17,424 nt of DNA, from IMG/VR virus record IMGVR_UViG_2049941000_000247. One strand, given 5' to 3'. The notes beneath the pieces are model-generated. The model made no database searches and was not told the DNA's origin. It saw nothing but the letters and a program-made list of their open reading frames with translations. The stretch is from an uncultured virus (IMG/VR IMGVR_UViG_2049941000_000247) (lineage: Duplodnaviria; Heunggongvirae; Uroviricota; Caudoviricetes). Made by a program: the position numbers and the translations under genes. Numbering within the stretch: the stretch's first letter is position 1; each line of letters opens with the position of its first letter. This document shows positions 7,523-15,716 of the stretch, piece by piece.

Positions 7523-8938
7523 TTACACGGCGGTATATCTGCAATAGATTTCATTTCCATTTCCTTGCGTAATAGCATTCGTCTCCGCTATTGCATCATC
7601 TTTACTTGAATACCACGTAACATTATATGCTTGTGTACTATCCTGTGTTGGTAAAGTTGTTCCACTTTCATAAGTTGCAAAACCTATATAAGTGTAGGTT
7701 GCTTTAGCTGGATAGTTTGATGCGGATAAGTAATCAGCTAATGCTGAAAATGGGATATAAAATATGCAATCTGTTGGAATACTAGTCCAGGCATTACTGT
7801 TTGAACATGTCGGAACTGTAGTTGGCTTAAATGTCATTTCAGCCAAACCTTGACATCCACTAAAAGCGTAAGCGTTTATTGTTGTTACTGTTGACGGGAT
7901 TGTTATTGAATATAGAGAATAGCAGTTCTGAAAAGCGTAATTTTGTATTATTGTTACTTTTGACGGTATTGTTATTGAAGATAAAGAAGAGCAGTTCTGA
8001 AAAGCATCATTGCCTATTGATGTTACTGTTGAAGGTATTGTTATTGAAGATAAAGAAGAGCAGTAATAAAAAGCACCATTACTTATTGATGTTATCGTTG
8101 ACGGTATTGTTATTGAAGATAAAGAATAGCAGTAATAAAAAGCATAAGTGCTTATTGTTGTTACTGTTGAAGGTATTGTTATTGAATATAGAGAATAGCA
8201 GTTCTGAAAAGCGTATTGACCTAGTGAAGTAATTCCAGACCCAAGCTCTATCTTTTGTATAGCGTTGCGATAAATATGACTAGGTACTTTTGAATTTGTA
8301 GCATCTGTAGCCTTGCGTAGAATATATGAATAATAATTCGATGAACCATAGAATGCGAATGTTGTTCCACTTGATGCAGTCAATGTAATCATATAATCCC
8401 CAGCAGAAGCATATATGTGTTGTACGCTTTTAACTGTTGTTAAGCTAGTACCTGTTAACGTATCAGTAGCACTTCCATCTCCCCAATCAACTGTAACAGT
8501 TCCTTTGGGACAAATCCCAAGATAAGGAGATAATCTACCTTCTTCAAAACGACAATAAATCCTCGTTTTACCATCATCCGTCACATACATCTGACCAATA
8601 TCACATGCACCCATTGCAGTCACTTGTGTCTTCATTTGGGCAAGAGTATAATTCCACCCTTGCGCTGTTAATCCTGTATGACTAGGATTTGCTGGCAAAG
8701 CTGTTAAAGCGTTTGCTTCCTGTGCCGTATAGCTGTATAAGATAGTTCCATCGTAGTCAATAAAATTGACATCCTTTTTAACTACTTCCGCACTTCCTAC
8801 ATTTACTGTTACGCTGCTGTATCCATCAGCATTATCACTGCTTGCGTTATATGTTCCGTTTGCCGTGATATTTTTTGTGATAAGAGTTGAACTGCCGCCA
8901 CTGCTGCCAGCTATAAGAGGTCTGCCTATAATACTCAT
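7523..8938 (-). CDS. BspA-type leucine-rich-repeat (LRR_5) protein with PKD-like domain; putative receptor-binding protein
   Basis: Five to six 23-aa repeats (IxxxAFxxCxSLxSITIPSxVT); VDWGDG...H.Y...G.Y.I PKD-like motif; N-terminal ITANGTY.A...DGYSSVTVNV fibre motif. Confidence 0.9.
   Translation of the reverse strand: MSIIGRPLIAGSSGGSSTLITKNITANGTYNASSDNADGYSSVTVNVGSAEVVKKDVNFIDYDGTILYSYTAQEANALTALPANPSHTGLTAQGWNYTLAQMKTQVTAMGACDIGQMYVTDDGKTRIYCRFEEGRLSPYLGICPKGTVTVDWGDGSATDTLTGTSLTTVKSVQHIYASAGDYMITLTASSGTTFAFYGSSNYYSYILRKATDATNSKVPSHIYRNAIQKIELGSGITSLGQYAFQNCYSLYSITIPSTVTTISTYAFYYCYSLSSITIPSTITSISNGAFYYCSSLSSITIPSTVTSIGNDAFQNCSSLSSITIPSKVTIIQNYAFQNCYSLYSITIPSTVTTINAYAFSGCQGLAEMTFKPTTVPTCSNSNAWTSIPTDCIFYIPFSALADYLSASNYPAKATYTYIGFATYESGTTLPTQDSTQAYNVTWYSSKDDAIAETNAITQGNGNEIYCRYTAV
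7860..8235 (-). repeat. 69-bp tandem repeat array encoding the LRRs
   Basis: A 41-nt block identical at 7899-7939 and 8175-8215 (276 = 4 x 69 bp apart). Confidence 0.9.
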
Positions 8939-8950
8939 ACTGGCGCCTCC

Positions 8951-10479
8951 TTAACCTACAAGCGTAATGACGACGTTTGACACAGCAGATCCGTAGCTGT
9001 TGGTTACCCGGCATCTGTACCAACGTCCGTTTTGCAGAGTGCCGGCAGACCAACTGTAGGTGTCCGATGTGGAAGATCCGTTTGACCAAGTAGCACCGCC
9101 GTCATTGCTGTACTGCCACCTATACGTATAGTCGTCACTGGTAGGCGTTACTGACAGCAAAATCGTTTCTCCGACATCGTAATGCGATTTCGAAGCCTGA
9201 GCGGTAATTATCGGGATCTGCGCCACTTCATACAGCGTAAGTTGAATCGGAACCGGCACCGTTGGCGTTGCGCCGACAGCTACAAGTGTCAATGTGCCGT
9301 TTGTATTCTCAACATAGAACGCCTTTATTCCATCGGTGCTCATCAGCGAAATAGTTTCAGCCGGAGCGTCAACGTCTGCTTTTGTGTATGGTGTCGCAGT
9401 ATAGTAAATATTCTCGGATGTCAAAACGAACTCATACGGCCCGGTGCCAGTCCATCCTGAAGATGGAACGAGAATATCACGGATATACCCCTTCGGCTGC
9501 TTTGTTTCAGCCGTATCATACAGCAGCTTTGCGCTCGGCACCTGCGAATCCGTAGAAGATGAACTTGCGGAAGTAACGATTGAACTTCCCGGTATCGCCG
9601 CATTAGCCAGATCATAAGCGGTTTTCACTGCGGATGGAGTTGCAGCGAGATCGGTCGCAGTGCTGTTAACGGCGGAGGACAGCATAGTAACCCCATAATA
9701 ACTTGTAGACGCATGACTGCCTCTNNNNNNNNNNNNNNNNNNNNNNNNNNNNNNNNNNNNNNNNNNNNNNNNNNNNNNNNNNNNNNNNNNNNNNNNNNNN
9801 NNNNNNNNNNNNNNNNNNNNNNNNNNNNNNNNNNNNNNNNNNNNNNNNNNNNNNNNNNNNNNNNNNNNNNNNNNNNNNNNNNNNNNNNNNNNNNNNNNNN
9901 NNNNNNNNNNNNNNNNNNNNNNNNNNNNNNNNNNNNNNNNNNNNNNNNNNNNNNNNNNNNNNNNNNNNNNNNNNNNNNNNNNNNNNNNNNNNNNNNNNNN
10001 NNNNNNNNNNNNNNNNNNNNNNNNNNNNNNNNNNNNNNNNNNNNNNNNNNNNNNNNNNNNNNTAGACGCATGACTGCCTCTAACAACGGTGAATACAGAC
10101 CCAGTATAAACCATATCTACAACGGTATTTGGATACCATTCATTAACATCAACAGATGTAGCGCCATACCTTTTGATGTTCTTTGCAGTTAAATTGTTTA
10201 TCTTTAACTGTGGCTGTCCATCATACCCTTGCGCATAAGTAAAATAGATCCTTACGTGCAGTCCGGTAAACAACTCTGCGACGCCACTGATAGTTACTTC
10301 TTTGACCTTGATATCCGCCGCCGTATCGCAAACGCCGTAGTATACGATACCGGTCCTCGCTGTCGCATCTTTAATTGTATGTTCTACNNNNNNNNNNNNN
10401 NNNNNNNNNNNNNNNNNNNNNNNNNNNNNNNNNNNNNNNNNNNNNNNNNNNTGCCTATAAATTTGCTGAACTCAGCCAT
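8951..10479 (-). CDS. Tail fibre protein with phage fibre repeat and C-terminal Ig-like domain (two N gaps)
   Basis: Start MAEFSKFIG at 10479 with RBS; manual translation continues VEHTIKDATARTGIVYYGVCDTAA. ASTSYYGVTMLSSAVNSTATDLAATPSAVKTAYDLAN matches the Phage_fiber_2-type repeat. YRWQYS...YRCRVTN.YG is Ig-like. Confidence 0.85.
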
Positions 10480-10494
10480 AGGATCACCGCCTCA

Positions 10495-11823
10495 TTACGA
10501 CTGCGGATCAGGCTCAACGGTAATAGTAGCGGCTGTGCCGGTAAAGGACGGCTTGCTGACTGTGCCGGCCGGAGTGTACGTGCCGGTAGACGTGAGCGAG
10601 CTTCCGCTGAACGTGGGCTGAGACACAGTGCCGGCAGNNNNNNNNNNCACTAAACGTGGGCTGAGACACAGTGCCGGACGGTGTAAAGCTCCCTGTGGAA
10701 GTAAGACTGTCGCCATCAAATACATTTTTGACATAAACTTTTGTCCCTGTAAAAGTTGGCTGCGTAGTTGTAACACTTTGTACGCCTGTAGCAACAGTCG
10801 TGTCGGACCCCTTAGTAGGCAGCGTTCCAGCCGTATAAGACCCAGCAGTCCAGCTCAGTGTCAACACTTCATTAGCAACAGACGTAGTCAGCGTCGGCAG
10901 TGTGCAGCTTGCCAGGGAACCAACATTTGTAATGCTGTTAACAGTTGTAGTGTTTAGATTAACGGTTGTTGTAGGCTGACTGATAGTGCCGGACGGTCTA
11001 TAATTCCAATATGCACCATAAGTAACAGCAATGTCGCTTGTAGACGTTGAACTTGGAGCAGAAATTACAAGATAACCGGGATAAGGGATTTCACAAGTAT
11101 ACCCATCTTGTGTAACGTCGTTAACTATATCGCCTGNNNNNNNNNNATGTTATTAAGTGTACCGGAAATTTTCCCAGGCAATTCGTCATATGCTGTTTCT
11201 TCGCCATCTTTAACTTCGGTAGTCACATCGCCGCTAGGCGTCCCGCTCACGCTGAGGCTGCCTTCCGTCCCAGTAAACGTCGGCTGACTTACAGTACCGG
11301 ACGGCGTGCCGCTGACACTGACATTGCCCTGAGTGCCGGTAAAACTCGGCTGACTCACTGTACCGGATGGCGTGCCGCTGACACTAACATTGCCCTGAGT
11401 GCCGGTAAACGTCGGCTGGCTGACGGTGCCGGACGGCGTTCCGGAAACGGAGATTGTTGCTTCGGTACCTGTAAACGTCGGTTGGCTGACAGAGCCGACA
11501 GGCGTATAACTGCCGCTTGCTGTATCCGCAAACGCAAGATTGCCAAGCCCGCTCAGATCACCGAACGCCTGCCACGCGGAGCCATTCCAGATGAATTCCG
11601 CGCTGCCGTAGGTGACGATGCCACCTGTCTCAGCGGTGACGCTCTGGCTGTTGATCGTAACCGGATTAGTCGTATCGCCGTCTGAAATAACGGTCGTGGT
11701 GACGCCCATGAAATACGAATAGTTGCCAAGCGCGTTGATCCGCGAACGTGCCCACTCATCCTTGATGTCATATGTGGTGCCGCTGGGTAAAGTAATTTGT
11801 TTTATCATAGGATTATCTGCCAT
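10495..11823 (-). CDS. Thr/Ser/Gly-rich repeat tail fibre/appendage protein (one gene split into three ORFs by 10-N gaps)
   Basis: MADNPMIKQITLPSGTTYDIKD start. Manual translation of 11134-10867 is open (GDIVNDV...RPSGTISQP...EVLTLSW). The TP(S/A)GTVSQPTF motif recurs to the end. Confidence 0.82.
11230..11510 (-). repeat. 66-bp (22-aa) tandem repeat VSGTPSGTVSQPTFTGTQGNVS, about 4 copies
   Basis: CGTGCCGCTGACACT recurs at 11305 and 11371; the repeats are visible in the translation. Confidence 0.88.
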
Positions 11824-11836
11824 TAAATATCCCCCC

Positions 11837-12349
11837 TTAATCCTTTGTAAAAACCAGTCCATAATTGCCGTCACCGATTGGCACTACGTCGCACGTGACC
11901 TTGTTGTCCCATGATGCACGGTCTTCTGCTGACACATGTACGGACTGGTTTGAAATATGATTATTCAAAAGATCCCGCACGCCGTCGTCTACGAACGGCA
12001 AATCGACAAGATAAGCCAGCCCGTCTCCGATCTTATAGTTCGGGATGTTGTTTACGCCGTCTGTAGCGTAGTCAGAATAGATCACGATAGCGCCGACTGG
12101 CGGAATAAACGTAATGTCAGAAGCCCACTCTTCAACGGTTCCGACGTAAACCAGATGTAGATCTGCGGCGCTCTGGTTCCCAAGCAGAGTAACCCCGTTA
12201 ATCTGCGGCTTGTTCTTTAACTTTTCATAGTCGGCTGTGCCACCCGGCTTTACGCCAAGGGTGGCGGATAACGCAGACGGTGTATTAAGCTGACCGCCCA
12301 ACGTACTGCAGCCGGAAAGTGTTCCGTGAAGCCTGTCGTGGCTCATCAA
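11837..12349 (-). CDS. Tail-associated protein (NKPQINGVTL.GN motif plus Mtd_N/hyaluronidase-N-like segment)
   Basis: DYEKLKNKPQINGVTLLGN and EEW....FIP..G.IVIYSD...KIGDG...DLPF patterns; GGAGGTG RBS. Confidence 0.7.
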   Translation of the reverse strand: MMSHDRLHGTLSGCSTLGGQLNTPSALSATLGVKPGGTADYEKLKNKPQINGVTLLGNQSAADLHLVYVGTVEEWASDITFIPPVGAIVIYSDYATDGVNNIPNYKIGDGLAYLVDLPFVDDGVRDLLNNHISNQSVHVSAEDRASWDNKVTCDVVPIGDGNYGLVFTKD

Positions 12350-12368
12350 TACACCTCCTTATAGTAAT

Positions 12369-12394
12369 GCCCGCGCAGAGTGTTCCGCGCGGGC
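12369..12394 (-). promoter_or_regulatory. GC-rich intergenic hairpin upstream of an RBS
   Basis: GCCCGCGC...GCGCGGGC stem with no U-tract. Confidence 0.55.
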
Positions 12395-12407
12395 GTAAAT
12401 TATTGCA

Positions 12408-14210
12408 CTACTCTTCTTTTGGCTTTTCTATTGTTACAGTCGCAGTATTTGATATGGCAGTACCGGCATTGTTTGAAATAACACACCGATACATTCTACC
12501 GTTCATACTCTGTGTAACCTTAAAACTAAATACAGGTTGGTTATACCCGGAAGCTGTATTATTGTTCCATGTAGTACCCTGATTATTGCTGTATTGCCAC
12601 TGATAGGTTAACGGCATGCTCTGCGAAGCAGTAGCTGTAACAGAAAGAGTTACAGTATTACCAACACTCACTGTTTGACTTTGCGGCTGCGCAGTAATAA
12701 CCGGAACTTGCTGCGGTATATAATACTTCACAGTGACCGCACCTGTATCACACTGGAACATCGTAGTGCCTAAATCAAGCGACTCAAGCTCAACAGGTGT
12801 CAACCGATACACTATCGGCGTCTCAAGCGGGTATGTAACAACCAAACTATTTGTAGCAAGCCAATTCTTCATATCGCTCTCCGATGATACAGATAAGTCA
12901 CTGACATCATAGATAAAAATGTAGCGCCCGTATGTATTGGTGCCAAACCGTATACACAGTGTCTGCCCACTACCACTATATTTTGGGAGCATATTACACA
13001 TTGTGTTGCCGTCAGAAGTCCACTCGCCGCTTTTCATTGTTGGCATTATTGCATCCTGCGCTGTATTGAAATAAACGTATTCCGATATAGATTGGGTCGC
13101 CATATGGTATTTTACGTTCTCGTTGCCGGTAAATGTGTAGTATACATGAGTCACCGTCAGCTTACCTGACGCAAGATCCAAAGTGCCGCCATATACCGTG
13201 CCTGGATTTGGCGACGGAAAAGATACGCTGTATGTATGTTCGCTGGCGCCTGTCTGCGTTACCGTTACCGAGTCATGCCCGCTGATAGCGCATATATTGG
13301 AGTATGGCATATACGATGTGGACGCTGAACCGCTCTCAAACTGCGGTTCGATAACGATATTGTCGCCGTATGGTATCGTGCCGCTTGCGACACGGCAGGT
13401 AACGCCGCATCTTTTTTCTGCGCTCAAAGTAAATGTCGCGTCGCTCATCTCAGCGTCTGCGATCGTGGCCAGCTCATAGACCGGATCGCCAGTCTTGCAG
13501 ATCAGGTACACTTCGCTTTCTGAATCGTCGATATATACGCGGCGATCGTTGCTTCCGGCATAATAATCGTATACATTGGCGCCGATTGCCGGAACGCCAA
13601 CCGTATAACCGTTGATAAGCCCGTAATATTCAGTATTCGGTGTCGCCTGATAACACACCAGATAATGTGTCGGCGAAGGCATCCAAACGATCGAGCTGCC
13701 GGATATATCTGCGTTATTCAGCGTGCCGGCAGACACCATCGGGACGCTGCTTGGGTAGTCATACTGTTCATATATCTGCATTCTGATATCACTTGCGCCG
13801 CTTGCCTTCAGCGTATATGTCCCGGCCGGTATAGTAACATTGTTGAAGAAGTATGACGACGGGCTGTAAGCTTCCCCGCTGAGCGTCAGCTTCCCGTCCG
13901 CCCCCGGCGTGTACGTAACGCCCTCTTCTGTTTTCGTGCCGTCAAAATAAGGATACGGTAACAAGTTCTTGTAACCTGGAGGCCACGCCATGTCATATCC
14001 GTTCAGATCCTGCGACGGATTGATCTCAGCGATCACATCGAATCCAGCACCTGAATATGCGTTATTTATAGAGGCCGGATCTCCTCTTGAAACACGCATA
14101 TACGGCAGCCCGGTCGTAACATCTATGTCCGTCTGGTATGTTCCAACCACAACATCATACATACGATTGGCCGCATTAAACTTATTATTACTCATAGTCA
14201 CACCAAACAT
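12408..14210 (-). CDS. Tail/receptor-binding protein with CBM-like beta modules and C-terminal Ig-like domain (start may be 14195)
   Basis: 600-aa ORF with PSQDLNGYD..WP...KNLL, NIC.ISG and TVYGGTLD...G.LTVT motifs seen in Bacillota phage tail proteins. PVITAQPQSQTV..YQWQ..YRCVISN.AG is Ig-like. Confidence 0.8.
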   Translation of the reverse strand: MFGVTMSNNKFNAANRMYDVVVGTYQTDIDVTTGLPYMRVSRGDPASINNAYSGAGFDVIAEINPSQDLNGYDMAWPPGYKNLLPYPYFDGTKTEEGVTYTPGADGKLTLSGEAYSPSSYFFNNVTIPAGTYTLKASGASDIRMQIYEQYDYPSSVPMVSAGTLNNADISGSSIVWMPSPTHYLVCYQATPNTEYYGLINGYTVGVPAIGANVYDYYAGSNDRRVYIDDSESEVYLICKTGDPVYELATIADAEMSDATFTLSAEKRCGVTCRVASGTIPYGDNIVIEPQFESGSASTSYMPYSNICAISGHDSVTVTQTGASEHTYSVSFPSPNPGTVYGGTLDLASGKLTVTHVYYTFTGNENVKYHMATQSISEYVYFNTAQDAIMPTMKSGEWTSDGNTMCNMLPKYSGSGQTLCIRFGTNTYGRYIFIYDVSDLSVSSESDMKNWLATNSLVVTYPLETPIVYRLTPVELESLDLGTTMFQCDTGAVTVKYYIPQQVPVITAQPQSQTVSVGNTVTLSVTATASQSMPLTYQWQYSNNQGTTWNNNTASGYNQPVFSFKVTQSMNGRMYRCVISNNAGTAISNTATVTIEKPKEE

Positions 14211-14625
14211 TTACGACAGATAGTCTCTGTCAATATTGTGCGCAATGAACATGATCCCCTGATTCGGGATCTGCACATATCCGGAGCCGCCCTTTAACGT
14301 GATCTGATAAATGTATTTTCCATACAGATCGATGGTATCGTCTGGGTCCATAACGATTTTAACGATACAGTCGACCCCACTCTCCTGATCAGTATTGATC
14401 GTAGCGTCGATCGCCAGCACTGGCTCTTCCGCCGCCTGATCGGAGAAATCGACCAACGCGAACCGCGCATCGACCCCAGACGCGTCATNNNNNNNNNNNN
14501 NNNNNNNNNNNNNNNNNNNNNNNNNNNNNNNNNNNNNNNNNAAGATCGAACAACCGCCACCGGATCGTCTCAGACTGCCCGCCGACCAGCGTGATCTGCG
14601 GCAGCGTATAAATGTCATGTCTCAT
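14211..14625 (-). CDS. BppU N-terminal-like adaptor/hypothetical structural protein (spans an N gap)
   Basis: True start MRHDIYTLPQITLVGGQSET at 14625 with AGGAGGT RBS; C-terminal DTIDLYGKYIYQITL. Confidence 0.7.
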
Positions 14626-14629
14626 TGTA

Positions 14630-15472
14630 TCAACCTCCTATATTGACCGGGAACGAACAGATGAACGTAAGTGTACACCGCCCCGTTACAGTCAGGTTGT
14701 TCCTGCCCTTTGCCAGCGGCAGCCACTGAAAATTGAAATACCGATATGGATTAGTAATACCGGCCGTCTGCGATGCAATAATACCGGCGTCCTGATCAAC
14801 ATTGAATTCGATCTCGCTAGACGGCATTGCTTCGGCAGGGGACACCCCAAGCGAGAATGTCTCATTATCCATAGTTGTGTTGACGATCGACAGCGATGTA
14901 ACGCCGCTTGCCTTTGATATCTGTAAATCAGGATAATAAGGCCGGCTTAGTGTAGAAGCGTTGTAAACCTGTATCGTAACAGGATTTGCCGCAGTCGCAG
15001 CGCTGCAATCAAACGTAAAAGTCCTTGGGAACATATAGGCGTACGGCGAATCACAGGTAACTGTGGCCGTAAATGCCCACGGCAGCCACGATATCTGTAT
15101 CGGCGTCAGATCGGAAATAACACAGTGGTACCGTATCATCTCCATGTCAGCCTGTTCTATCTCAAGCCACTTATACGTATTATGATCCGTCAGCCAGTTC
15201 GCGATAGCGTCCATGTCATACCGGTCGAGGTAATCCGACTCCTCCGCCATACACGGATCGATCCCAAACACAAGCGTAAATTCGAGCGGGGTGTCATAGG
15301 CCCGCCCGTACAGAAATACACGTCCGATCGACGGGATCACGTCAGTCTGCAGCGATCCTGTGCTTGTAAACGGCGCGGCTTCGTTGTCGTTCCCGTCGAT
15401 ATCAAAAATCCGCAGCCCGTACTGTTCGCACGGAATGCGGTCAAAAGAAAATCGTTTTGCGGTAAAACCCAT
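14630..15472 (-). CDS. Distal tail protein (Dit)-like
   Basis: 280 aa; F.FD.I.CEQYGL start, TVTCDSPYAY, and FNFQWLPLAKGRNNLTVTG end, typical of siphophage Dit proteins. Confidence 0.78.
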   Translation of the reverse strand: MGFTAKRFSFDRIPCEQYGLRIFDIDGNDNEAAPFTSTGSLQTDVIPSIGRVFLYGRAYDTPLEFTLVFGIDPCMAEESDYLDRYDMDAIANWLTDHNTYKWLEIEQADMEMIRYHCVISDLTPIQISWLPWAFTATVTCDSPYAYMFPRTFTFDCSAATAANPVTIQVYNASTLSRPYYPDLQISKASGVTSLSIVNTTMDNETFSLGVSPAEAMPSSEIEFNVDQDAGIIASQTAGITNPYRYFNFQWLPLAKGRNNLTVTGRCTLTFICSFPVNIGG

Positions 15473-15491
15473 TTAGTCACCCCGCGATCTT

Positions 15492-15695
15492 TTAATCTTC
15501 ATTTCCTTCCTTTGCTTTCGCTTCCTTCTCTTCCGGCGTGATCACGTCGCAGGCAGCAAGCGCCTGCGCAAGTTCGTTGAGGATCATAAAACAACCGGAA
15601 AGATTGCCTGCATTCTCTACACCACGCACGGTGATGCCGGTGTCGAGTGTTTTCATCACGGCGTTAAGCCGCGAAATCATTTCTTCCTTTTTCAT
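15492..15695 (-). CDS. Small hypothetical protein
   Basis: 67-aa ORF with AAAGGA RBS that fills the space between tail genes. Confidence 0.7.
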   Translation of the reverse strand: MKKEEMISRLNAVMKTLDTGITVRGVENAGNLSGCFMILNELAQALAACDVITPEEKEAKAKEGNED

Positions 15696-15716
15696 ATTGC
15701 CATCCTTTCGTTCAAA

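Noticed and set aside
7879..8232. + strand Leu/Lys-rich repetitive ORF (117 aa)
   Set aside because: It is the antisense shadow of the LRR repeats.
7860..8235. Regularly spaced repeats as a CRISPR array or a DGR template/variable repeat pair
   Set aside because: The period is 69 bp in frame within a CDS and there are no unique spacers. There is no separate non-coding template copy and no reverse transcriptase in the window.
9706..10081. 19-bp direct repeat TAGACGCATGACTGCCTCT on both sides of the gap (9706-9724 and 10063-10081), resembling a target-site duplication or recombination site
   Set aside because: Both copies end exactly at contig edges, and merging them gives a continuous VVRGSHASTSYYG frame. 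It is most simply an unmerged contig overlap, although a hidden insertion cannot be excluded.
4762..14625. Apparent frameshifts or pseudogenes in the endolysin, fibre and adaptor genes
   Set aside because: Every frame change coincides with an N gap of estimated length. There is no evidence for programmed frameshifting or stop-codon recoding.
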